This document shows positions 52,921 through 61,955 of a DNA stretch of 64,000 nt, piece after piece. The translations under genes and the position numbers were made by a program. The DNA comes from Gammaproteobacteria bacterium. Its GTDB lineage: Bacteria > Pseudomonadota > Gammaproteobacteria > Steroidobacterales > Steroidobacteraceae. The stretch covers positions 3,562 to 67,561 of the forward strand of contig JBQTHP010000099.1 of NCBI GenBank assembly GCA_052389755.1, written 5' to 3'. Numbering within the stretch: position 1 is the first letter of the stretch; every line of letters begins with the position of its first letter. The notes beneath the pieces were generated by a model that was not told the DNA's origin, searched no databases, and saw only the letters and a list, made by a program, of their open reading frames with translations.

Positions 52921-54123
52921 GTGATGCACCACCGGAGCTACTGGAAGACCATCGCGATCTCGGCCTCGATCGGCGCACTGACCCTGTTTGCCATGTTGTC
53001 GATGACGATGGTGCGCCTACCGCGCGCTTTGCTCGTCCTCATGCTCCTGATTTCGGCCGTCGTGTTCGCAGTGTGCATCCTCGTCACCCTCGGCGGCCTG
53101 GTTTGTCTGTGGCGCGACGCTGGCGAAGCCCGCGGGCAGGCCGACCCATTCGTCCTCGCCGCTGACCGGCCGCGGTCGGGAAGCGTACTGTCTGCGCTCG
53201 GACTCGGGTTTCTTCGCGGGCGCAAGCTGTACGCCGGCGACGTAGTGCAGGTGAGATCGCTGCAAGAGATCGAGTCGACGCTCGATGACGCGCGAACGCT
53301 GGACGGCTTGCCGTTCATGGGGGAGATGGAAGCGTTCTGCGGGAAGACTTTCCGGGTGCATCGGCGCATCGACAAGATCAACGACATGCGCAACAAGACG
53401 GGCCTGCGGCGCATGGATGACACCGTGACGCTGGCAGACGTGCGATGCTCGGGGTCGCACCACGGCGGTTGCCAGGCGGAATGTCAGATCCTGTGGAAGG
53501 AGGCGTGGCTGAAGAGGACGCCCGGCCGCGCCTCCGGGTTCCTGGCACCCGCGTCCGAATCGCTGCCGCAGGTTTTCGACGATCGGACCTACGTCTGCCA
53601 GATGACGGGTCTATGGGGTGCCTCTCACCCGATGTCCGTGGCGGACATCCGCCAGGATCTCCGGCCGATTCTCGCGGGGAACGTGACCGTGGTCGCCTAT
53701 GTGTTGGCCATCCTGACGCGCATCTTCAACCGCGCACAACGTCTGCGCGGTGGGGCCGGCTACCCGTACATGCCGGATTCGCCGACCCGGGGCCACAGTC
53801 CGTCTGAAGACCTGCAGCTCGCCCCGCGCGAAGCGGTCGTGATTCGGAGCAGAGAGGAGATCGCGAAGACGCTGGTGAACGGCAGGAATCAGGGTCTCTG
53901 GTTCGACCGGGACATGTCGCGGTTCTGTGGGCAGAGCGCTATCGTTCGCCGCCGCATCGATCACATCATCCACGAAGGTACCGGCAAGATGGTCGTACTC
54001 AGGACCCCCTGCGTGACGCTCGAAGGCGTCGTCGCGACCGGCGAGTTCCTGAGATTCTGTCCCCAGCACGAATGGATCCTCTGGCGCGAGATCTGGCTTC
54101 GACGGGCGGACCAGAGCCAGTGA
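52921..54123 (+). CDS. membrane-anchored protein of unknown function with an internally duplicated ~95-aa Cys-containing module
   Basis: Two N-terminal TM helices. Module 1 (aa ~104-199) is GDVVQVRSLQEIESTLD...FCGKTFRVHRRIDKI...ILWKEAWLKR. Module 2 (aa ~300-396) is REAVVIRSREEIAKTLV...FCGQSAIVRRRIDHI...ILWREIWLRR. Confidence 0.65.
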   Translation: MMHHRSYWKTIAISASIGALTLFAMLSMTMVRLPRALLVLMLLISAVVFAVCILVTLGGLVCLWRDAGEARGQADPFVLAADRPRSGSVLSALGLGFLRGRKLYAGDVVQVRSLQEIESTLDDARTLDGLPFMGEMEAFCGKTFRVHRRIDKINDMRNKTGLRRMDDTVTLADVRCSGSHHGGCQAECQILWKEAWLKRTPGRASGFLAPASESLPQVFDDRTYVCQMTGLWGASHPMSVADIRQDLRPILAGNVTVVAYVLAILTRIFNRAQRLRGGAGYPYMPDSPTRGHSPSEDLQLAPREAVVIRSREEIAKTLVNGRNQGLWFDRDMSRFCGQSAIVRRRIDHIIHEGTGKMVVLRTPCVTLEGVVATGEFLRFCPQHEWILWREIWLRRADQSQ

Positions 54124-54128
54124 AAACG

Positions 54129-55013
54129 ATGTCCGAGCCTCCCCTGGTTACCATCGGTCTGCCTGCCTACAACAGTGAGCGATTCATCAGGCGTTCCATC
54201 GACTCGCTCCTCGCGCAGACGTTCTCAGACTTCGTACTGGTCATCAGCGACAACGCCTCGACCGACAGTACGCCGCGCATCTGCCAGGAGTATGCCGAGA
54301 GCGATCGGCGGGTCAGATGCTTCCATAACCCGACGAACATCGGCAATCCGCGCAACTTCAACCGCCTGTTCGAGCTGACGGCCACCAAGTATCTGAAGTG
54401 GTCCACCACGGACGACTACTGGGAGCCGACATTCGTGGAGCGCGCGCTGGATGTAATGGAGCGCGACCCGACCGTCGCGCTGTGTTACCCGAAAACCTAC
54501 CTCATCGATGCGGAAGGTGGAACTCGAACGCCGTACGAGGACAACCTGCACCTGATGCAGGAGGATCCCGCGGAGCGGTTTCTGACGCTGCTCGGAAGCA
54601 TCGGGCTGGCACATCAGCACCTCGGGCTGATCAGGATGTCCTGCCTGCGGCGCACGCATCTTCTCGGCGCCTATGTCGCTTCCGACATCGCGCTGCTCGC
54701 CGAGCTGACTCTGTACGGTAAATTCTATGAATTGCCCGAGCGGCTTTACACCCGGACCTTTCATGAGAGGTCCGGGAGCTGGAAACGCGGAGACGCAGCA
54801 CACGAGGCCAGGCACTACCACAGCGCGGATCGCAGGCGAACCGGCCTGAAGAAATGGCGGGGTCACATGGGATTGCTGTCGGCCGTGCGGACAGCGCCTC
54901 TGCCGCTGCGCTCAAAAACCAGAATCTATCGTCACCTCCTGAGGCGCATGTTTTGGGATCGCCGCGACCTGATCGCCGAGCTCACAGGCCGGGAGCCCGC
55001 GCGGCCTCTCTAG
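54129..55013 (+). CDS. glycosyltransferase family 2
   Basis: VTIGLPAYNSERFIRRSIDSLLAQTFSDFVLVISDNASTD. ATG at 54129, just after the previous stop. Confidence 0.85.
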   Translation: MSEPPLVTIGLPAYNSERFIRRSIDSLLAQTFSDFVLVISDNASTDSTPRICQEYAESDRRVRCFHNPTNIGNPRNFNRLFELTATKYLKWSTTDDYWEPTFVERALDVMERDPTVALCYPKTYLIDAEGGTRTPYEDNLHLMQEDPAERFLTLLGSIGLAHQHLGLIRMSCLRRTHLLGAYVASDIALLAELTLYGKFYELPERLYTRTFHERSGSWKRGDAAHEARHYHSADRRRTGLKKWRGHMGLLSAVRTAPLPLRSKTRIYRHLLRRMFWDRRDLIAELTGREPARPL

Positions 55014-55537
55014 GCGAGAGGCGGCCAACCGAGATCCTGCTCGGAGATCGACGCCACTGGCAAGGGCCAGTGAATCGCGAGCGCAGGATCGTCGAATCGT
55101 GCCCCCCGCACATCCCGCGGGGAATATACGGCGGACGTCATGTAATGGATCTCCGTTGCGTCTTCGATCGACTGACAGCCGTGGGCGCAGCCGCTCGGCA
55201 CGAGCAGCATGCATCCATTCGCCGCGCTCAGGTACGTCCCGTACCAGCGCCGATACGTCGGTGACGTCGGGCGAAGATCCGCGACGACGTCGAACACGGA
55301 TCCCCGCGTGCACCGGACCAGCTTGGCTTCAAGCGCCGGATCCGCCTGATAGTGCAGACCCCGAATCGTTCCCTTGCGCACGCTGAAGCTCATGTTCGCC
55401 TGAACGGGAGTGAAGTCGATTCCCTGGGCCGTAAACTCGTCGCGGCACCACGCACGCATGAACCGACCGCGATCGTCGTCGTGGGGCGACGGCTCTACCA
55501 GCCACGCGCCGGCGATGCCGCATTCACGGAAAAGCAT
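55010..55537 (-). CDS. NDP-4-dehydro-6-deoxyhexose 3,5-epimerase (RfbC/RmlC family)
   Basis: DDRGRF...RGLHYQ...KLVRCTRGSVFDVVADLR...VPSGCAHG cupin-type RmlC signature. The nucleotide specificity (dTDP versus CDP) is not deducible. Confidence 0.8.
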   Translation of the reverse strand: MLFRECGIAGAWLVEPSPHDDDRGRFMRAWCRDEFTAQGIDFTPVQANMSFSVRKGTIRGLHYQADPALEAKLVRCTRGSVFDVVADLRPTSPTYRRWYGTYLSAANGCMLLVPSGCAHGCQSIEDATEIHYMTSAVYSPRDVRGARFDDPALAIHWPLPVASISEQDLGWPPLA

Positions 55538-56636
55538 GTCGATCCGAGATCAGTGGCGTCCGAACCATCGTGAAACGGTCCTTTAATCTGAGGAGCGGTT
55601 TCTCCAGCCCATAGTACGAAACGCTGGCGATGACGAACGTCGCAATCGTGCCCGCGATGATCCCCTTGTGGGTGAGCCCGTGCCCATGCAGAAGACTGTA
55701 GATCGGGTAGTGCCACAGATACAGGCCATAGGAGATCGTGCCCACCCACACGAGTGGTCGCAGCGAGAGGAACCACTTCAGCGCTGAGCGTTCCGCGACG
55801 AATATCTGCAGAATTATTGCCGCCACCATGATCTCGACCACGGCGAGCAGCCAGTAGTACAAGTGCGCGGACCGCCAGTTACCGAAGAACAGAACGGACG
55901 CGAACACGATCGCAGACAAGGGGGCGACGATTCTCAGTTTCTTCGCGACTGCTTGCCGAGTGTCGCTGCCAATGAGATCGGAGGCCAGCAGGATGCCGAC
56001 CGCGCAGCCGATCAGGAGCGAATCCGCCCTCGTGTCGAGCCCGTTGTACACACGACCCACGGTTGCGCCGTCGAGCATCAACCAGACGCGAAGCAGCCAG
56101 CTGAGTGCTGCCCCCGCGCAGACCAGATAGACGATGTGGGCTCTCGAACGGATGGTGCGCAGCATTGCGAGCAGGATGATCGGCCAGAGCACGTAGAACT
56201 GCTCTTCCGCGGACAGCGACCAGGCGTGGCCGAGCAGGTGAGGCGGATGAATGTCGAAGGCGCGTGCCCAGTTCGCTGCGTAGAACAGCGTGATCAGCGC
56301 ATCGATGAGATTCGACTGCGCGCTCTCGGCGTCGAGGAATACGCAGCTTCCCAGCGAAAAAGTCAGCAGCAGCAGGATGAGCGCGGGGCCGAGTCGCAGC
56401 GCTCTTCGCGCGTAGAACTTGCGAAAGCTCAGCCGCTGACCTTTGCGGTCGTACTCCCGGACCAGAAGGTAGGTGATCAGAAATCCGCTGAGCACGAAGA
56501 AGACGTCAACGCCGATCGAACCACCCTGCAGATACGATCGGCCGTACACCGCGTGGGTGATCATCACCGCTGCAACGGCCACGCCGCGCATGCCGTCGAG
56601 CGCCGGCACATGTCCGCCATCTGCGTGACGGTTCAT
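55524..56636 (-). CDS. acyltransferase 3 family membrane O-acyltransferase
   Basis: ALDGMRGVAVAAVMITH...GVDVFFVLSGFLIT and 10 predicted TM segments. Confidence 0.85.
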   Translation of the reverse strand: MNRHADGGHVPALDGMRGVAVAAVMITHAVYGRSYLQGGSIGVDVFFVLSGFLITYLLVREYDRKGQRLSFRKFYARRALRLGPALILLLLTFSLGSCVFLDAESAQSNLIDALITLFYAANWARAFDIHPPHLLGHAWSLSAEEQFYVLWPIILLAMLRTIRSRAHIVYLVCAGAALSWLLRVWLMLDGATVGRVYNGLDTRADSLLIGCAVGILLASDLIGSDTRQAVAKKLRIVAPLSAIVFASVLFFGNWRSAHLYYWLLAVVEIMVAAIILQIFVAERSALKWFLSLRPLVWVGTISYGLYLWHYPIYSLLHGHGLTHKGIIAGTIATFVIASVSYYGLEKPLLRLKDRFTMVRTPLISDRHAFP

Positions 56637-56654
56637 GATGATGTGGTTCCACCC

Positions 56655-57731
56655 CTATGTTCGGTCGTACCCGAGCTCCATGTAGCCGTCGAGCTGTTCG
56701 TCGCACAGAGCCCGCGCGTTCGCGCCCCTTGCGAGACCGCGGTACCACTCGGCGGTCCATGCCAGCGCCTGCTCGAGCGGCAGGCGGCAGCCCCAGGCGA
56801 GCAGCTGGTTGGCCTTCTGCGAGTCGAGATGCAGAACCATGTCCTCGTGCGGATGCTCACCCGGATCGCGCACCCACGCGGGCTCCACGCCCCAGTGCTT
56901 CGCGAGCATCCCGACGACGTCGGATACGGCTCGCATGTGCGCATCCGGCGGACCGAAGTTCCAGTCCTCGGAATAACGGGCGGCGTCGCCATGCAGAGCC
57001 TGCGCGAGCGCAAGGTACCCCGACAGACAGTCGAGCACATGTTGCCACGGTCTGGTCGCTTCCGGATGGCGCAGCACCACTGGGCGTCCCTGACTGAAAG
57101 CCAGAACGGCGTCGGGAATCAGCTGCCACGGAGTCCAGTCTCCCCCGCCGATGACGTTGCCTGCACGAGCGTTCGCGAGCCCGACACGGGCTCCTTCTCT
57201 CTGCGTGAAGAATGATTCGCGGAAGGAGTGGGCCACGAGCTCGGCGCAAGCCTTGCTGCTCGCGTACGGATCTCGCCCCCCCAGCTGGTCGTTCTCGCGA
57301 TAGCCCCAGATCCAGCCTCGATTCTTGTACACCTTGTCGGTCGTGACGTTCACGACCGTGCATCCGGCTCGCGTGCGCCGGACGGCCTCCAGCAGGCCCA
57401 CGGTCCCGATCACGTTAGTCGCGTAGGTCTCGAGCGGATTCTCGTAAGCTCGTAAGACGACGGACTGGGCGGCCAGATGAAAGACGATGTCGGGCCCGAA
57501 GCGGGCCAGTTCGCCCGCGAGCAGCTCGTGGTCCCTGACGTCGCCGATCTTCGAGACGATGACCTCGTCGACCGCCGCCAGGTCAAAAAGGCTGGGAGTG
57601 GTGGGAGGCGGCAGCGCGTAACCGTACACGCGCGCGCCGAGCCGCGCGAGCCACAGGGCGAACCAGCTCCCCTTGAATCCCGTGTGCCCGGTCAGGAATA
57701 CTTTTTTTCCGCGCCAGAAATCCCAGCTCAC
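56655..57731 (-). CDS. rfbG: CDP-glucose 4,6-dehydratase
   Basis: FWRGKKVFLTGHTGFKGSW, YASSKACAE (YxxxK). The GTG at 57731 lies just after the rfbF stop; the ATG at 57836 would overlap rfbF by ~100 nt. Confidence 0.85.
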   Translation of the reverse strand: MSWDFWRGKKVFLTGHTGFKGSWFALWLARLGARVYGYALPPPTTPSLFDLAAVDEVIVSKIGDVRDHELLAGELARFGPDIVFHLAAQSVVLRAYENPLETYATNVIGTVGLLEAVRRTRAGCTVVNVTTDKVYKNRGWIWGYRENDQLGGRDPYASSKACAELVAHSFRESFFTQREGARVGLANARAGNVIGGGDWTPWQLIPDAVLAFSQGRPVVLRHPEATRPWQHVLDCLSGYLALAQALHGDAARYSEDWNFGPPDAHMRAVSDVVGMLAKHWGVEPAWVRDPGEHPHEDMVLHLDSQKANQLLAWGCRLPLEQALAWTAEWYRGLARGANARALCDEQLDGYMELGYDRT

Positions 57732-57738
57732 GCGATGC

Positions 57739-58515
57739 TCAACTCTTCCATACCATCCAGGGACACTTGCCGTTTGCTTCCATTCGATCGAACGTGATCT
57801 TGTCCTTGAATGTATCCATTGCGCGCCAGAAACCATCGTGCCGATACACGCCGAGCTTCCGGAGCGCGATCAGGCGCGTGAAAGGCTGCTCGACCAGCTC
57901 GTCGCCCGGCTCGATGTAGTCGAATATATCCTGACTCAGCACGAAGAATCCGCCGTTGATCCGGAACTCGCTTCCCTGGATTGGCCCCATGCGGACGGCG
58001 TAGCCGTCGGGCGTCGCATCCACGGTGTGGAAACTGTGCCAACCGTTGATCGCCGCGAACGAGGCGACCACGTCGTTCTGATGGAACGCAGCGACCATAT
58101 TGTCGAGAGGAATGTCCGACAGTCCGTCTGCGTAGTTCGCCAGAAAGCAGCTCTCCCCCGCGACGTAATCCCGGACACGCACCAGGCGCTCACCGATATT
58201 GGAATGCAGGCCCGTGTCGACGAAGGTGATGCGCCAGTCCCCGATGTCGCTGGTGTGCAGCTCGATCCGCCGCCCGCCCTCCGAGAGCGTGAAGTCGTTC
58301 GATATGCACTCGTTGTAGTTGAGAAAGTACTCGCGAATCATGTCGCCGCGATATCCGAGACACAGGACGAAATCCTTGTGGCCGAAATGCGCGTAGTAGC
58401 GCATCAGGTGCCACAGGATGGGCCGCATGCCCACGTTGACGAGCGGCTTCGGAACGGTATCCGAGTGCTCGCGCAGGCGAGTGCCGAGGCCACCACAGAA
58501 AAGAACCACTTTCAT
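57739..58515 (-). CDS. rfbF: glucose-1-phosphate cytidylyltransferase
   Basis: MKVVLFCGGLGTRLREHSDTVPKPLVNVGMRPILWHLMRYY is the typical RfbF N-terminus; 258 aa. The ORF-track upstream extension was rejected. Confidence 0.9.
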   Translation of the reverse strand: MKVVLFCGGLGTRLREHSDTVPKPLVNVGMRPILWHLMRYYAHFGHKDFVLCLGYRGDMIREYFLNYNECISNDFTLSEGGRRIELHTSDIGDWRITFVDTGLHSNIGERLVRVRDYVAGESCFLANYADGLSDIPLDNMVAAFHQNDVVASFAAINGWHSFHTVDATPDGYAVRMGPIQGSEFRINGGFFVLSQDIFDYIEPGDELVEQPFTRLIALRKLGVYRHDGFWRAMDTFKDKITFDRMEANGKCPWMVWKS

Positions 58516-58549
58516 GCTCGTACTCGTCCCGATGTCGTACCAGCAGCCG

Positions 58550-59260
58550 CTAGAGGCGGAGCTTCCGCCCGTGAAATGCTTCGGCGAAGCCGCCCTCCGC
58601 GCCGCATTCGATGCCTCGCAGTCGCGCGAGCGCGCGGAAAGTGTCTTCGGTGAACCATGCGCGGTCCCGCTGGGAAGGAAAGCAGTCGATGAGACAACGG
58701 GTCTTCTCGTCGATCTCACTGGCGCCGAGGGGCACGAAGACGTTGGGATGTCCGAGGTCGCCCTCGTACTTCGGTATCTCGTATTCGAGGATCAGGTGTG
58801 AGCGATAGGTGTTCCACGTGAGCTCGCCGATCAGCCTGTGGTCCTGGTGCCGGTCGTTCAGGTAGTGGGTCAGGACGACGTCGGGTGTGAGCGTTTCCTT
58901 CAACTGCTCGAACGCATCCTTGATCTGGCCGGACTGGCTCGGGAAATAGGTGTCGCGGAAATCGAAGAAGCGCAGCTCCACCGGCGCGAGCCCGCCAAGC
59001 AGCCGGTCGGCGGCGGCGCGCGACTCGCGTTCCCGAACGGGCTCGCCCGAAAAGATCACCCAGGTGAATCGCGCGGCCGGATACTCTCGCGCCCACCGGC
59101 GCAGCGTCGCACCGCAACCGATCTCGATGTCGTCGCAATGCGCCCCGACGCACAGCACCTGCGGGTGATGAGCCGAATCCCCGAACTTCAGTGGCAGCAC
59201 ATACACGCCCCTGCCGCGCCGGCAGGACGACTTCTTATGCCATGCAGTGTGCCACAGCAC
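58550..59260 (-). CDS. PIG-L/LmbE family deacetylase
   Basis: VLCVGAHCDDIEIGCG (AHPDD-like metal motif) and HQDH further downstream. Confidence 0.75.
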   Translation of the reverse strand: MLWHTAWHKKSSCRRGRGVYVLPLKFGDSAHHPQVLCVGAHCDDIEIGCGATLRRWAREYPAARFTWVIFSGEPVRERESRAAADRLLGGLAPVELRFFDFRDTYFPSQSGQIKDAFEQLKETLTPDVVLTHYLNDRHQDHRLIGELTWNTYRSHLILEYEIPKYEGDLGHPNVFVPLGASEIDEKTRCLIDCFPSQRDRAWFTEDTFRALARLRGIECGAEGGFAEAFHGRKLRL

Positions 59261-59291
59261 CTGTTGGCTGTTATGTTCGCATCCTCGATCG

Positions 59292-59307
59292 TGTGAGCGT
59301 CGTCACA
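59292..59307. promoter_or_regulatory. perfect CRP/Clp/FNR-family half-site pair TGTGA-N6-TCACA
   Basis: TGTGAGCGTCGTCACA sits in the 54-bp divergent intergenic region between the PIG-L operon (start 59260) and the flippase gene (start 59315). Confidence 0.35.
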
Positions 59308-59314
59308 GCTTCCA

Positions 59315-60787
59315 ATGCCCCGGGATCTCGCCAGAGGTGCTGCTTGGATGGTGGGCTTCAGGCTGGCCGAACGCTCCCTGGGGCTCGCCAGCACCATCGT
59401 TCTCGCGCGCCTGCTCGTGCCCGAAGACTTCGGGCTGATCGCCATGGCGATGTCCGTGATCGCGGCCATCGAGCTCATCGGGGCATTCGGATTCGACAAT
59501 GCACTGATTGCGCATCCCGCGCCGGAGCGCCGTCACTACGACAGTGCGTTTACGCTCAACGTGCTGCTCGGTATCGCGTGTGCGGCCGTGGTGGTGGCCG
59601 CCGCAACGCCCACCGCCGGGTTCTTCGGCGACGCGCGCATCGCCGGTGTGATGACCGTGCTCGCGTTCGTCTGGGTCGTGCAGGGTTTCGAGAACATCGG
59701 CACTGTGACTTTCCGCAGGAACCTCGAGTTTGACCGGGAGTTCCTGTTTCTCACCAGCAAGCGGGTGATCTCCTTCTGCGTCACGCTGGTCGCGGCGTTC
59801 TGGCTCCGCAACTACTGGGCACTCGTGATCGGGGCAGTGTCGGGGCGGGTGGCCACGGTAGTCTTCAGCTACGTGTATCACTCATATCGTCCGCGCTTCA
59901 CGCTCCGCGCCACTCGCGAGCTGATGGGCTTCTCGATGTGGATGTTCGCCACGAACGCGCTCGGCTTCGTTCTCACGCGGCTCTCCACCTTCGTCGTGGG
60001 CCGCCTGCACGGAGCCCACGCGCTTGGGCTCTACACCATGGCCCATGAGATCGGAACGCTGCCGACATCCGAGCTCCTGGCTCCGGTCAATCGAGCCATG
60101 TTTCCGAGCTTCGCGAAGTTGGCCCACGATGCCGTGCAGATTCGACGCGCCTTCCTCGACGTGCTCGGATCCACGGCGCTATTGGCCATTCCGGCCGCAT
60201 TCGGCATCGCGGCAACCGCCGAGCCACTGGTCCTGGTGTTCCTGACGACCAAGTGGCTCGAGGCGGTGCCGATTCTGAAGGTGCTCGCATTCACCGGAGC
60301 GGTTACGGCGCTCACCAGCACGAATATGCCGGCATACATGGCGCTTGGACGACCGCACATCACCACAGCGGTGGCCGGGATGCGCGTGCTGGTGCTGGCG
60401 CCCGCAATGATCTGGGCCGGCACTAGCTTCGGCACGCTGGGCGTCGCGTGGGCCGAGCTCGTAACGGGACTGGTGTTCCTTCCGGTCAGCATGGCTGTAC
60501 TGCAAAGGATTCTCGACGTGCGCGTCGCGCAGCTTCTGGCACACATGTGGCGACCGCTCGTGGCGGCAGCCGTGATGTTTTTGGTCGTGCGGTCCACGAT
60601 GCAGTGGCTGCAGTACGGACCCGCCGCGTGGCCTGCTTCAGGCGCGCTGCTGGCGGGCATTGCCACCGGTATGGCAACGTACGTCGTGTGTGTCGCGGCA
60701 TTGTGCATGGCAAGCGCAGCGCCTGACGCAGCAGAACTTCGGCTGGTGACGTACCTTCGCGAGAAGCGCGCCCGGCCCGGCGCGTGA
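59315..60787 (+). CDS. polysaccharide/O-antigen flippase (Wzx, MOP/PST family)
   Basis: 490 aa with about 12-14 TM segments. The N-terminal IVLARLLVPEDFGLIAMAM block is typical of PST-family lipopolysaccharide biosynthesis proteins. Confidence 0.85.
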   Translation: MPRDLARGAAWMVGFRLAERSLGLASTIVLARLLVPEDFGLIAMAMSVIAAIELIGAFGFDNALIAHPAPERRHYDSAFTLNVLLGIACAAVVVAAATPTAGFFGDARIAGVMTVLAFVWVVQGFENIGTVTFRRNLEFDREFLFLTSKRVISFCVTLVAAFWLRNYWALVIGAVSGRVATVVFSYVYHSYRPRFTLRATRELMGFSMWMFATNALGFVLTRLSTFVVGRLHGAHALGLYTMAHEIGTLPTSELLAPVNRAMFPSFAKLAHDAVQIRRAFLDVLGSTALLAIPAAFGIAATAEPLVLVFLTTKWLEAVPILKVLAFTGAVTALTSTNMPAYMALGRPHITTAVAGMRVLVLAPAMIWAGTSFGTLGVAWAELVTGLVFLPVSMAVLQRILDVRVAQLLAHMWRPLVAAAVMFLVVRSTMQWLQYGPAAWPASGALLAGIATGMATYVVCVAALCMASAAPDAAELRLVTYLREKRARPGA

Positions 60788-60797
60788 GCACGTGCCG

Positions 60798-61826
60798 CTA
60801 GCCGGCGCGGGGCATCGGGGTCTTTGGCGTGCGCAACCGGAAAGCCGCGACGAACGGTCGGAAGTAGAGAGCTGTGACGGTGTCGAATTTGCCTGCCGCG
60901 GACGGAAGTCCAAACTCGAACTGTTCGCCCTTGTCCGGAATATGGAGCGTGCCGGCGAGTCTGTCCCAAAACGAGAAAATGAAGCCGAAGTTCCTGTCGT
61001 GATGCCGCGGATCCTTACTGTGGTGCAGCTGATGCATGACCGGGCTCACGAACAGCCCGCTCAAGCGGCCGAAGCTCAGCTGCACGTGCGAGTGGCGCAG
61101 CAGGCTCGTAAGGGAGTAGATGAACGTGATGACGCCATGATTGAGGATCGTCAGTTCCACGATGCCGCGCGGGTAGAAGTAGGCGAATGTGCCGGTGACG
61201 ACCGACGCTCCAACCAACCGGAACAGGAACTCGATCATCTGGTCGACGGGATGCGATCGGTAACCGGTGATGGGTGTCAGCACTTCGGCCGCATGGTGCA
61301 CCTTGTGGAACTCCCACAGCACCGGAATCCGGTGGTGCATGTAATGCACGATGAACCGGGCGTAATCGAACGCGAGAGTCATCAGCAGCGAGAACAACAC
61401 GGCCGCGAATATCGTGGGGCTGCTCTCGCCCGGTCTCGGTCCGAGCATCCATTCAAGCAGCGCCCGTAGGCCGTCGGCCACGTATAGAAGGCTCACCAGT
61501 CCTGCAATCCATTGCCCCAGGCGCAGATGCGCAAGCACGAGTTGTGTGAGGACGTAGAACTTGTAGTCGAGGACCGCCGACGGGTGGCGATAGACGGCGC
61601 GCGGTACGAGGTACCGAACGAAATCCCGTACCGATCGATGCCCGGGCGCTGCTTCCTGGGATACGAAGTAGAGCCACGCGGCGAACACGGCGGCGCTGAT
61701 GAATAGCCAATGGAGCGTGGGTTGGTCGAGGATCGGCGCAATGACCGCCCAATAGACGCCCGAGAGCAGTCCGGTGACCGGCGGTCCGATTACCTGTGAA
61801 AGCAACGTCTTGGCTTCTTCGAGCAT
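60798..61826 (-). CDS. sterol desaturase / fatty acid hydroxylase family membrane di-iron enzyme
   Basis: His boxes HRIPVLWEFHKVHH, HPVD and HQLHHS...HHDRNFGFIFSFWDRLAGT. Confidence 0.8.
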   Translation of the reverse strand: MLEEAKTLLSQVIGPPVTGLLSGVYWAVIAPILDQPTLHWLFISAAVFAAWLYFVSQEAAPGHRSVRDFVRYLVPRAVYRHPSAVLDYKFYVLTQLVLAHLRLGQWIAGLVSLLYVADGLRALLEWMLGPRPGESSPTIFAAVLFSLLMTLAFDYARFIVHYMHHRIPVLWEFHKVHHAAEVLTPITGYRSHPVDQMIEFLFRLVGASVVTGTFAYFYPRGIVELTILNHGVITFIYSLTSLLRHSHVQLSFGRLSGLFVSPVMHQLHHSKDPRHHDRNFGFIFSFWDRLAGTLHIPDKGEQFEFGLPSAAGKFDTVTALYFRPFVAAFRLRTPKTPMPRAG

Positions 61827-61955
61827 TGTTAGTAGTGCCGCAGGACACCGCGGGGAGCAATATCAATATGTCAAGAGGCGCCTTGGTGTCGGGAAACGCA
61901 TCGCCACGATCCGACACAATACTGCGCATCTTACGGGCGCGTCCGGAATAATTGT

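Noticed and set aside
55863-57215. 450-aa plus-strand ORF
   Set aside because: Antisense to the acyltransferase-3 and rfbG genes.
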